In this document: piece after piece, positions 24,947 to 37,630 of the stretch
How positions within the stretch are numbered: the stretch's first letter is position 1
How the letters are laid out: each line of letters starts with the position of its first letter
Assembly (NCBI RefSeq): GCF_009914755.1
Contig: NC_060933.1
DNA: 64,000 nucleotides
From: the human T2T-CHM13v2.0 reference genome, Homo sapiens
Direction: 5' to 3' (one strand)
Position numbers and translations under genes: made by a program
Notes under the pieces: model-generated
Seen by the model: only the letters and a program-made list of their open reading frames with translations
What the model was told of the DNA's origin: nothing
Databases searched by the model: none

Positions 24947-27377
24947 TAGGTATTTATTGTAGTCTTCTCAGTGTGGGCTTGTTTATACCCAAACTTCTTG
25001 GGAAGACTTCCCAGATATTCAAAAGGACTTGGGTTTTGTGATCTAAGCTGTATCTGCTTTAGAGGGAACCCCAAGCTCAGTAATGCTGTGGTTCTTGCAG
25101 ACTTGTAGAGGTACCAACTTGATGATCCTGGTTAAGATCCAGAAGAATTCTCTGGATTGCCAGGCAGAGACTCTTGTTCTCCTCCCTTACTTTCTCCCTA
25201 ACAAATGTTGTCTCTCTTTTGTTTCTAAGCCACCTGGAGCTGGGATTGAACGGACACAAATACCCCTTTGGCCACCACCTCTAGCACCATACTGGGTCAG
25301 ACCTGAAGTGAGCACAGCCCTGGGTCTCTCTCAAGGCCTTCTGTAACCACTCCCTGGCTACCACCATGATCACTCAAAGCCCTATGGCTGTACAATCAAC
25401 AAGTGGCAAAGCCACCCAAGCCTATGTCCTCCGCTTCAGGGCAGCGAGTTCCCCCAGTCCCTGGGTAGGTCCAGAAGTGCCATCCAGGAGCCAGGGACTA
25501 GAGTCAAACATCTTAGGAATTTACCTGGTGTTCTGTTGTACTGCAGCTGAGCTAGCACTCGAACCACTAGATGCAGCCCTTCTCATGCTTCCCTTCCCTT
25601 TCAAAAACAGAGAAGTCTCACCAGAGTCAGAGGAGTCTCACCTCATGGCCAGTATCACCTCAGGCCCATCAGGAGTACTGCCAGACTACTGCTGATCTTC
25701 CCTTAAGGCGCAAGGGCTCTTCAGCCAGACTGTGGTAAATACTGCCTGGCCTAGGACTCACGCTTCAGGACAGTGGGGTCCCCTCTGGCCCAGGGAAGGT
25801 CCAGAAATCCCATCTGAGAGCCAAGTCCTGGAATCAAGGACCCCAAGAGCCCACTTGATGCCTTACCCACTGTGGCTGAGCTGGTACTTAAAACCAGAAA
25901 GTCTCAGTGTCTCATCCAAGGCACTCAATGTACCTGGGTATTGCTCCTGGTTATTCAGGGCCCAAGGGCTCTTCAGTTAGTAGATGGTGAATTCTGCCAT
26001 GACTGGGTCTTTTCCTTCAAGGAAGCAGGTTCCCTTTGGCCCAGGGTGTGTCCAGAAATGTCTAGGAGTTAGGGCCTGGAAAGGGGGCCTCATGACTCTG
26101 ACTAGAGCCCTATCCTGCTGTGGCTGAGCTACTATTTAAGATGCAAGACTAAGTCCTCCCCACTCTTTCTTCTCATTTCCTCAATCAGAACAAAGGAGTC
26201 TATTTTGAAGTTGCAAGCTGTGCACCCTGGGGTTAGGGATGGGGTGATGCCAGCACTCCCTGAGCCATCCAGGCTGGCTTAATCTTAGTACATCATGTGT
26301 GTCTCCCCCACAACACCCCACCCAGTCCACTGTCTTTGGGCCTAGTTCAGCCCGAGGACTCATCTAGGTGTTACATTCCTTGTGGCCTAGACTGCCTTTC
26401 AAGTTTATTTGGAGTTTCAACATACTTTAGTCCATGTTGGTAAGGCTTGTGGGAACTCTAGTTCTGACCCTGGGATCAGCTATTCCCCTCTGGCTAGGGC
26501 TGGTTTAGATGCTTCCTCCATGGAGGAGTGTCAGCTAAGTTTGGTCTGATTTTGTTTTCTGCCATAATAAGGGCAGCACTGAGTTCAATGCCTTACAATT
26601 GCTGGCTCTCCCCAGGGCACAGAAATGCTCTCCATACCATGCTGCAGAGGGAGGGATGGCATGAGTGAGTCAAGACTGTCTTTCCTATCTCTTCAATGCC
26701 TCTTTCAGTGATACAAGTTAAAACCAGGTACTATGAGTGGTCATCTGATTTTTGGTTCTTACGAAAGTTTTTTTTTGTGTGTAGATGATTGTTAAATTGT
26801 TGTCCTCAGAGGGATGATTGGTGGAGCCTTCTATTCTGCCATCTTGCTCCACCCCTCCAGTGCTACATTTCCTAACGAAAACATTTAAAATCACTCAGGT
26901 GGCTTGCTAGTCTGAAAGATTACACAATTTTACATTCTTTTTCTATATTTTTATCTCTATCACATCAGGACAATCATATAATATCACACTAATACTAATG
27001 AGCAGCTTTTTCTTATGGATAGGAATAATCACATTTCCATCTACATTTGAACACCTCTCATCAATATTCAAATAGGGTCTACATTTTATTAGCATTTCAC
27101 TTGTTTTTAAAGCCACGTGCCTCAGTTTCCATCAGAGCTAAAGGGTGGGAGATGAAAAGGTTTTATGGGGGGAGGTAGGTAGTTTTAAATATGGGCTGTG
27201 CTACCGTAACCAGAGAAGCAGGTCAATCATCTCTGTACATTGAGCTTCTGTGTAAATTGTTGTTGAAGAGAATATTCTATTGTGTGAAATAATCGCATCA
27301 CATGAAACAAAGTTTGAGGTCTTTCTGATGACTTTGACAATTATAATTCTTAATCTTATGCTTACAGAATATTCTAA

Positions 27378-27925
<548 letters not shown>

Positions 27926-28214
27926 TTGTTGTTGTTATTACTATTATTTGTCAGATTTATGAAATGAAAGCAATAGTAAGGTAGAAAAGTCATTTGAAGA
28001 AAACAAAGGAATAGAGCCTGGGTAGAATCTAAACCTATTTGTTTTGGAATGATTGAGATATCCAATATCAGCATTGGGGTGTGTAACACAATACAATCTT
28101 CTATAATGAAATAGCTTGTTTCAGCCCGGGGGTGAAAAAAAATAGAATGAAGCTGTGTTGGCTCTTCTCTTGCATCCAGTGAAACACATTTGTTGAGCAC
28201 AGAGGAGGAAGAGA

Positions 28215-28630
28215 CAGTGTGGTAGACAGAGGAAGGTATGCAGAATTTAGAAACAAGCAGGACTCCTCAGTTTGAGTCATAGCCTTTCCTCATCCCAGCT
28301 GTATAAAGTGGAAGAATATAGTTAATTTTCTTTTCATCTCAGTAACTCTCATCTGTAAGGAGGTATTGGCAGTCCAATTGGAATGCATCCCTCCAATTTA
28401 GCCCAATTTGATTGGGATATTGGGAGTATTAAGAATAGCCAATATAGAGGAAATACTTACTAAGTACTTATATGTATTACTGCATTCACTGTGAACCCAT
28501 GAGGTAAGTTACTACCCCAATGAGACAGGTAAGATGATTGAGGTACAAACATCTAAGGAGTGGTAGAGCTATGCTTTGAGACTGAGACATTTCCAGAGGC
28601 TGTGCTCTTAACCACTAGCCTACATTGCCT
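28215..28630. mobile_element. Two MIR fragments (about 28215-28350 on +, 28450-28630 on -)
   Basis: ctcagtaactctcatctgtaag core; aacccatgaggtaagttactaccccaatgagacagg...gtgctcttaaccactag. Confidence 0.55.
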
Positions 28631-29510
28631 CTCATGGTAAGTGAATGCCAGGTCAAGTATCCTATACACAGAAGCTCTTCCAGAACTATCCCATGACTTC
28701 TCTCTCATGGGAAAATCACTTTGCCTGTCTCTCAAACATTCTAAACATCAATCAGGATGCAGTCAAAGGCCACTTTCTTTATGAAGTCTTCTCATATTAC
28801 CTCAGCCTGCTCAGCTCTCAGCTTCTGTTGAACCCCTGTGATACTCACTAAAATGCTAAAGAGATCTATTAGTCAGAACTATTTCTATTTAAAGAAGCTT
28901 AAGATCTATAGGTCAAAGCCATTCTAAATATTCAACATGTGACACATAAATTTGGTATTATGAATGACTCCAACCTCTTAACAGCTAGAGGAAGACAGTC
29001 TCATCCCAACAACCGAGGGTGCACTTTCAGTCTGACGTGGCACCTAACAGAAAGTTCTGTGACCTTTGGAATGAGTACATGCTCGTGCCGTTTCAGGGGC
29101 TTCCAGCCTGGAGTTGATGGAGGCTCGGATGAATTATTTTTTTGATATTTTTTAAAGTTCTAAAGGAGCCATAATGAGTTATTGGCTCTCTGACCCAACA
29201 ATTTTTTTACGTTTTTGGTGGGAATTATAGCCATTAATATCTACATTGGACACTCTGATTGGCTGTTGATGACTGGATTTTTGAAACATGAATGATTAGT
29301 AGTCTTGACAGGGTTATTGGAGCCAGGATCAGGGAGTGACGATACCTGACAGCATGCTTCCAGGACAGGTCAAACTTGGACAACACCCCAAATAAAGGAA
29401 AGGGTAACAGTGACTGCCCAGAGTTGGTTTGCTTACTTGACTTATTGCATACTAACCCCACAGTCCAGCCAGGGTTTACCTGATTTCACAATGTATCACC
29501 ACTTTCTTGG

Positions 29511-30033
29511 TGTCTCAGTTGTTTTGGCTGCTATAACAAAATAGCCTAGACTGGGCAGATTAAACAACAGAAATTTATTTCTCAGTTCTGGAGGCTGGGA
29601 AGTTCAAGATCAGGGTGCCAGCCAATTTGTTTCCTTGTGAGGGCCCTTTGCACGCCAGCTGTCTTTTTGTTGTATCCTCACATGAGAGGTAGAAAGTGTG
29701 GGGGAGAGAGAGGGGGAGATGAGGAAGGGAGGAGGGAGAGAGGAACTGGAGGGAGAAGAGAGAAAGAAAGAGGGAGAGGAGTAGAGGGAGAATGAGAAGG
29801 GGTAGAAGAGGGAGGGATATGAGAGGTAGAGGAACACAGAGAGATTAACAGAGTGAGGGAGAAAAAGAAAACGCTAGTCTCTTCCTCTTATAAAGACACT
29901 AATCCCATGATGGGGGTTCCATCCTTATGACCTCATCTAAACCTAATTGCATTAAAAGTCCCCACATCCCCAAAACCCCCTCATCACACACATCAACATA
30001 TGAATTTTGGGGGGACACATTCAATTCATAACA
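29511..30033 (-). mobile_element. MLT1A-like MaLR solo LTR with purine-rich expansion
   Basis: ggctgctataacaaaa...cagttctggaggctgggaagttcaagatc...ggggacacattcaattcataaca; GA-rich tract about 29700-29870. Confidence 0.9.
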
Positions 30034-30129
30034 TTTTTTAATTATGAATCCTTATTGAACATTGAAATTATTAATTGCATTATACTGGTTTTCTCTCTTT
30101 TCTCTCATTCCCTGATCCCTGAGTTTCAA

Positions 30130-30780
30130 TCCTCTCCCTTCTTTGCCCTACTCTTGCTCTGAAAGGCCAACCTTAACAACTGCAACACCTGGGCACCCTG
30201 AATCACCAACAGAAGATTAGAAGGTGGAAGGAGAAAAAAATGTGGTATTTTTTCTACTTCCTCACCCTCTTTGTGCTGTTCTGGGAATGCCTACTTCCCT
30301 CTTTGACCATAACTTCTGTTAGGCAGTTCCCTTTTCCCTCACCTGGATCTCACTTGGGTGTTTGCAACACTGCTTCATTTCCTCCTCCTCAGACCTAGGG
30401 GTGGTAATGGCTTCCTCCTGTTGCTAGGTCCTGAGCACCTTACCATCTCTTGTCTGGTACCTTAAAGCAGGATTTCTCAACCTCAACACTACTGATATTT
30501 TGGGCCAAATAATTCTTTGTTGGTGCAGGCTGTTCTGGGCATTGCAGAATGTTTAGCAACATTCCCAGTCTATGCCCACTAGATGTCAATAGCAACCACC
30601 CCAGTTGTGACAATAAAAAATGTCTACAGATATTGCCAAATGTCCCTTGAGGGGCAAAGTTGAGACCCACTCTTTTAAACTCCTCTATATTTCTGTAAAT
30701 GGTCCTTTCATTTAAAAACATGTCTAAATAGTCCAATTGTGTTATCTAGTTAAATATTCCAATTGTGTTTTCTAGGATGC
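30130..30780 (+). mobile_element. LTR33-like ERVL LTR interrupted by MER20
   Basis: cagacctaggggtggtaatggcttcctcctgttgctag motif typical of the LTR33 group; continues after MER20. Confidence 0.55.
30468..30672 (+). mobile_element. MER20 hAT-Charlie MITE
   Basis: caggatttctcaacctc...gatattttgggccaaataattctttgttg...cagttgtgacaataaaaaatgtctacagatattgccaaatgtccc. Confidence 0.9.
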
Positions 30781-31049
30781 AGATGAAAACATGGGTAAAT
30801 AATAATAGAATAAATGGAATTTATTTATGACTTATTACATGTTGATCAGGATAAGAATCTTTCAAAATGTGGGATACAAAACTGAAAACAACGTGAAAAA
30901 GGGTATTGTTGGTGGCAAGCCTAGAAGTACTGATCATCTCAGTGGCACAACAGCCATTGGTGGTCTAAATGGTTGCCACACTGGAGCTGTGGTTTCAAAC
31001 AGGGGCCACAATACAGGGAGGAGGTACATGGTCTAAGGCCTTGGTTGCA

Positions 31050-31300
31050 TGGTGATTACGATCGGTGCTCTTGGATTAGACTGCTCAGATTCAAATCTTC
31101 ATCCTATTGCATGCTAGTCCTGTGATGGTGGGCATGTTAATCTCTCTCAGATGGGATGTAGACAGTTATTGGTGTCAGTGGTTATTTTCTTATCTGAAAA
31201 ATGCATATAATATTTTCTCATATTTTTGTGAAGATTAAGTGGTATAATGTTTGTAAAGTGGCACAGTGCCTGGTACATTGTAAGTTTTGCAGTAATGACC
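31050..31300 (+). mobile_element. MIR SINE
   Basis: ctcttggattagactgctcagattcaaatc...tttgtgaagattaagtggtataatgtttgtaaagtggcacagtgcctggtaca. Confidence 0.7.
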
Positions 31301-31751
31301 ATAATAGGATTATTTCTGAATTATACACATACACATATACATACCACATTAGGTGCACACATATTAATCACGCAGACATATATCACAAGGTAAGCAATTA
31401 TTACTCATAACAAATATGTCAAATCTGGAGTTTTACTTTTAAGACATTAAACATTTTATTCCATGATACATAAATGCATAACCCCTATAAAGACTTAAAG
31501 AATACTATAAAGTGTGTTTCTTCTCTTAAATATACCTTCTGTATTGTATGCCATTTAATTATTTTAATAATATCTTGAACCATATGACATTGCCATTTTT
31601 TAGGTCAAAAACTGTCAAACATTGCAATATCACGTAATTCAATCTAATAGCGCCGTGTCTTTCTCTAATTTTGTTCCACGCATTTACACACACTTATAGG
31701 TACATATGCTACATGACTTTCAAAAACATGAATGGCACTGTAACTACTTAT

Positions 31752-32015
31752 CTTTTTTGTTTTAGAGATAGTGTTTTGCTCTGTTGCCTGGGCTGCCCTG
31801 CAGTGTCCTGATCCTGGCTCATTGCAGCCTTGAAATCCTGGGTTCAAGTGATCCTCCTGCCTCAGACCCCTGAGGAGCTAGGACTACAGGAATGCACCAC
31901 CATATCCAGCTAAATTTTAATTATTTTGTTGAGGTGGGGTCTCACTATGTTACCCAGATTGGTCTCAAAATCCTGGTTTCAAGTGATCCTTCTACCTTGG
32001 CCTCCCAAAGCGCTG
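31752..32015 (-). mobile_element. AluJ, slightly 5'-truncated
   Basis: AluJ diagnostics (gcagccttg, ggtctcactatgtt); TSD-like taactactt(a)tcttt on both sides. Confidence 0.9.
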
Positions 32016-32029
32016 AAAATAACTACTTT

Positions 32030-32770
32030 CTTTACTAATAATGTGCTGTGGCGGTCTTTCCATGTCTATCTTGCTTTTTTGAAGGTTGGCAAAGTATTCC
32101 ATCTTATGAGTGAACTAACATTTATTTAAATTCTCCTTTATTGATATGAATTTTCCAAATTTATTGCTGTATGCAAATTATAGTACAATCAACACCTATT
32201 ACATAAATATTTGCACATATGGGTGAGCATCTCTGTAGAATGGAATCCTAGAGTAGAATTGAGGGGTCAATTTAAAATTGAAATATTTAAAATAATAACA
32301 GGTTTACCAATCTATATCTAATACTATATCTATATTTATACTAATCTGATTAGTTGTTAGTAACCCTCCATTTTCTTACATGTATAATTCTATGTTAAAA
32401 GAGTTTGATACTGTATAAAAGTGCCAGGTCCTCAAACTTTTAAATTTTTGCAAATGTGATAGAGAAAAAGATAGGTTATTATGGGTTTAATCTGCATATC
32501 TCTGATTACTAATAAGGTTGAAAATCTTTTCATGTGTTTATTGAGTTTTTGCTTTTCGTCTGTGAATTGCTTGTTCATTTCTCAAGCCCATTTCTCTGTT
32601 GGGACATTTGTCTTTTTCGCATCAATTTGTAGGTGCTCTTTATAGATTCTGGATGTAAATCCTTTGTTGTACATGTTACTAATATCTCTGTTTGTCATTT
32701 GTCATTTAGCTTTCTTTATAGTATCTTCTATCACCCAGAAGTTACAATTTTTATGTAATTGCATGGCAGA
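32030..32770 (-). mobile_element. L1ME-like fragment
   Basis: ggaatcctagagtagaattg...ttaatctgcatatctctgattactaataaggttgaaaatcttttcatgtgtttatt...tatagattctggatgtaaatcctttg. Confidence 0.8.
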
Positions 32771-33065
32771 CATTTCTTTGTTAACTGTGGGGTTATCAAG
32801 CCTGACTTCTAGAATGCTAGGGTGTTACACCAAGGGAACACTCAAGTCAGAATCTGGATACTGCCTTGAACTGAATTATTTATGGTTTTTTTTTTCCTTC
32901 CTATTATTGATGGTATATTTTTGCTTGGGAAAAATAATCTATTATATATAAGCAAAACCAAAACCCAGAGCACTAATACTTGTTTACACCAACTGAAAAA
33001 TAGACTAAAAATGGAGACTTGTAGTCTCATAGCAGAGAGTCTTCTTACAGAACAATAACAATAAC

Positions 33066-33092
33066 CACACACACATACATACACACACACAC
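33066..33092. repeat. Interrupted (CA)n microsatellite
   Basis: cacacacacatacatacacacacacac. Confidence 0.85.
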
Positions 33093-33929
33093 AGAGTTCT
33101 CTGTGAATATACAATTTTTAATTTGTCCACTTCACCATGTCAAAAGCTCCAGATAAAATGGGCACACAGTAGAGCAAGGATGATAACGCAGAAGCACTAG
33201 CTAATTTATCATTGTAAAGATAGGCAACCTACAGGCAAGTCTGGAGGGACTATAAGTTAATGAAACTGATTTTCTGTTGAGTGGGAGCATTTTTGGGGTC
33301 AGTGAGTATTCTTCTATTTGCTTTGTGGGAATTGGGATTTGCAAGGTTATAGAGTTACTGTATGGTTGACCTGGTCAGGTTTTGATGGGGTTATCTCACC
33401 TGCCTCAAGAGGAATACAGCATTTCTGGTCCTGATAGTAAGGAAATGTACAAGATTGCTGCTCATCCCTCTGAAGAGAAGGAGGCCTAGACAAGGAGGTA
33501 GCCAAAGGTGCAGACAGGTTGTACACTTAGGCCAAGGGATGTCTGCACGTATGAGGTCAGCCTGGAAAGAAAAGCCATCAGCAGGGAACAAGATGGGAGG
33601 GCAAGGTGGAGTGATGAAACATGTATTTCATGTCTACCAGGTTGAAGGCTTGTCATACATCATGCCTCCCACTTCTGACCGCACTGACTGATTCTGAATC
33701 CATCCTTTACACTCAGCTCAGGTTACCCTCTTCCAGCAAGATTCCCCTTGTCTCCTTATCACTGGCCAGGGGTCTGTTTTCTAGGCTTTCGGATCTCTCA
33801 GTGCATATCCGCCCTTTTTTTTTAACCACATTTAACTGTGTTAGATTCTAAGTGTCCCTTCATGCATCTGACTCCTTCACTATGAGCTTCTCATTCATCT
33901 CAGTATTTCCAGGACAGACACAACTGAAT

Positions 33930-34180
33930 AATAATACTAATAGCCATCTTTTATGTAATGGATTCTGTATGCCACATCCTCATCTAAAGCTTTACATATT
34001 TGAATGCATTTAGTGCTCACTAGGATCCTGGGAGGGAGATACCATTAATATCCCCATACAGAAAAGAAACCGAGGCACAGAGGAATGTAACCAAGGTTAA
34101 GCACTTGCTCAAGGTCTCCTAGCTGGTGAGCAACAGAGCTGGGTGTAGGATTTCTGCTGTCTGGTTCTTACTAAACATAC
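33930..34180 (-). mobile_element. MIR SINE (preceded by an L2 tail at about 33800-33930)
   Basis: accattaatatccccatacagaaaagaaaccgaggcacagag...cttgctcaaggtc. Confidence 0.8.
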
Positions 34181-34477
34181 GAGGCTATACAAATGTAGCA
34201 TGAGGGATGAAAAATATTTAAGTAAAGGAGCAAATGACTTATTTCATCCTGACAATGATCCCTCAAAGAAGGAGAGCATTAAGAGAAGAACCACATAGCT
34301 AGGAAGAGGAAAAGCCTGGGTTCTTACTCATGTCTATACTCTGAAGTCCATGTTTTTCCAGAATTATACTAATACTAATATCTGGAAGGGATATTAGTGA
34401 GTTAGCCCAAGAGCTGTGTAAAGAATCTCCATTGCATGTACATTGGGTAAGAAGTGACCAGAGGGACAGGCTGATGA

Positions 34478-34869
<392 letters not shown>

Positions 34870-34964
34870 TATTTATTTATTTATTTTAATGGAAAAGAGG
34901 TTAAACCCAGGGAGGAATTTTTCTTGAGGTTTCTTGAAAGCATGAGATGGTGATGATGATAATG

Positions 34965-35370
34965 ATAGAAAAGCACAAACGGAATGGTTTCAAATTCTAG
35001 CTCCATATTTTTCTAGCCATGTGACCTTTGACAAGTTACTTAACTTCTCTGTACTTCAATTGTCTCAGCTTTAAAATGAGAACAATAAAAGTAAGCATCC
35101 ACCTCACAGGGCTGTTGTGAAAATTAGGCAGATTAATTCATATGAAGCACTTAAGATAATCCCTAGCATATGTAAGCACTCAACAAATGTTGCTACTATT
35201 ATGTTCATACATCCATGTGGTATTAGGAAAGAGCACTAGATTAGGAGTCAAGGCCCTTGGGTCCCAATTCCATCTCCCTCGCTAGAGGTGTGACGTTAGC
35301 CATATCCTTCTTTTCTAATCTGATTAGTTGTTAGTAACCCTCCATTTTCTTACATGTATGATTCTATGTT
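34965..35370 (+). mobile_element. Two adjacent MIR copies
   Basis: tgtgacctttgacaagttacttaacttctctgtacttcaattgtctc...; second starts aaagagcactagattaggagtca and ends tatgattctatg. Confidence 0.75.
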
Positions 35371-35404
35371 AAAAGAGTTTGTAAATAAACTTCTCCTGTT
35401 TTAG

Positions 35405-35671
35405 GTTTGTGAACATCCACGTGCAGAGATTGGATCTATGGAAACGGCACTGCTCCAGAGACTGCGCTGAACCAGCAAAGAATGAACTGTGATAACAAGC
35501 AGGGAGCTCTGTCCCTGAGAACGCCTCACAGAAAGACTGAAACCACAGTTGCTGACCTGAGAGGGGAGCAGGAGGTGGAAACTGGAAGGCAGTAGTCTAA
35601 CATGAGAGCTGAAGAGGCTACACAGAGATGGGAAGATCTCCTAATGCACTGATCATTTGTTGTCTCACATG
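35405..35671 (+). other. Candidate non-coding exon
   Basis: Acceptor ttctcctgttttag|G, purine-rich unique sequence keeping several CpGs, weak donor ATG|gttagg; stops in all three frames. Confidence 0.3.
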
Positions 35672-35999
35672 GTTAGGTAGATTATCATACCACCTGCAAA
35701 TAATTACAGTTTTGTCTTTTTCTTCCCCATACTTATACCTCTCATTTTAAAATTTATTTTGTATCATTTTGTCTAGGGACCTCAGTACAATTTTAAATAA
35801 TCATGGTTACAATAACCAAATGTATCCAGCTTAGATGGAAATGTCAGTGTTTCAACATAAAGTATTTATTATAGATTAAGTATTTATTATAGATGGCAGC
35901 AGATACCCTTATCAAATTCAAAAAGGTTGGTTCTAGTGCCAATTGACTTAGAGTTTTTCTTTCTTTCTTTCTTTTTTGTTTTTGGTTTAAAATTAGGAG

Positions 36000-36157
36000 T
36001 GTATCAGTTTGTCAGGGTTCTCCAGAGAAACATAACCAAGAAGATGGATGATGGATAGATGGATGGATGGATGGATGGATGGATGGATGGATGGATGGAT
36101 GGATGGATGGATGGATGGATAGACAGGCAGGCAGGCAGGCAGATGGATGGATGGATG

Positions 36158-36210
<53 letters not shown>

Positions 36211-36565
36211 ATTTTAAGGAACTGGCTTACACCATTGCAGAAGCTGGCAAATCCAAAATCTGCAGGGTAGGCTTGCAGGTTGGAGAGTCACGGAAGACCC
36301 AATGCAGCAGTTTGAGCTTGAAAGTGGTCTGCTGGGAGAATGTCTTCTTCCTCTGGGGAGGTCAGTCTTTTTTCTCTTAAGGCTTCCAACTGATTGAATG
36401 AGGCCTACCCACATTACAACAGGTAATCTGCTTTATTCTAAGTCTATTGATTTTAATGTTAATTTCATCTAAAAAATATCTTCACAGAAACATCTAGAAT
36501 AATGTTTGACCAAATATCTGGGTACCATAGCCTAGAGAAGTTGACACATAAAATTAACCGTCACA
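36000..36565 (-). mobile_element. MLT2B-like ERVL solo LTR inserted in an old L1ME
   Basis: cagggttctccagagaaac...aagttgacacataaaattaaccgtcaca; TSD aggag / aagag. Confidence 0.92.
36043..36208. repeat. Compound tetranucleotide STR with (GGAT)15, (AGGC)n and (AGAT)12 blocks
   Basis: GGAT x15 at 36061-36120 and AGAT x12 at 36161-36208, counted directly. Confidence 0.97.
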
Positions 36566-36759
36566 AAGAGTTGGATTTTATCAAGCACATGTTTGGTATG
36601 TATTTTATGATTTTTATCCTCTGTTAATATACTTAATTTTATTAATACATTTTGAATATTAGACTCTCTTTGCACTCCTAAGAGAACCCACACAAATTTT
36701 CACCTAAATATTTTTAAAGATTCTATATATTTTACCCAAATATTTCAAAAGGTTCAAAA

Positions 36760-37630
36760 TAACAAGTTTTGGCATGGATATTTCATATGGATGTAAAGTG
36801 GCAAAGTCTTTTTGGAGAGTACTTTGACAGGATCTATAAACATTTAAATGTATACCTTTGACTTATTGGTTCTATTTTTTTCTTCTGGATCCTCAAAAAT
36901 ACCTTTGCGTATGAATAAAGAGGCATATGGCAGGCTGTTCATTATAGCATTGTATGGAAAGTAAAAAATTGGAAACAGCCAAAGTGTCATTAAGAGAGGA
37001 ATAAATGAACAAACATCTAAGAAATACTGGCAGCAGTCAAAATTAATACATATATACTAGCCAGACACGGTGGCTCACGCCTGTAATCCCAGCACTTTGG
37101 GAGGCTGAGGCGGGCAGATCACAAGGTCAGGAGATCGAGACCATCCTGGCTAACATGGTGAAACCCCATCTCTACTAAAAATACAAAAATTAGCCAGGCA
37201 TGGTGGCATACGCCTGTAATCCCAGCTACTCAGGAGGCTGAGGCAGGAGAATTCCTTGAACCAGGGAACTGGAGGTTACAGTGAGTTGAGATTGTGCCAC
37301 TACGCTTCAGCCTGGGTGACAAGTGGAAATTCTGTCTCAAGAAAAAAAAAAATCTATATGAATATATTTATTTAGAACTCTATAACATATTGATATTTGT
37401 TTTTATAAAAGCAAGTTTTAGAACAAAATCTCAAAATGACATGACATACTAAATAATCAAATTTTTGTATATACATTATGACATAAATGCAAAGAAAATC
37501 ATTTAAATTATACTTATTACTCTGATAATAATTGTTACCTCTAGAGGCTCAGGGAGGACTGCTATTTATCTGTATTGTTTACATTTTTTTGCAACGAGAA
37601 GGTACTAACAAATTACTTGTCTAATTTAAA
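36760..37630 (+). mobile_element. L1ME-like 3' fragment split by an Alu
   Basis: tgttcattatagcattg...aaaaaattggaaacagccaaagtgtca... Confidence 0.65.
37059..37352 (+). mobile_element. AluSc-like
   Basis: gatcacaaggtcaggagatcgagaccatcctggctaac; poly-A tail. Confidence 0.95.

Larger units (their letters stand above)
16651..26858 (-). mobile_element. Near full-length decayed L1MA (MA1-MA4-like) LINE with nested insertions
   Basis: L1MA 3'UTR at 16651-17100; ORF2 remnants (AGDFNTPLSALDR at 20113-20460, [19 protein letters not shown] at 17600-17848); ORF1 N-terminus (TSPNELNKPPGTNP at 24366-24590); 5' end gccatcttgctccacccctcc; TSD gtactacatttc / gtgctacatttc. Confidence 0.95.
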
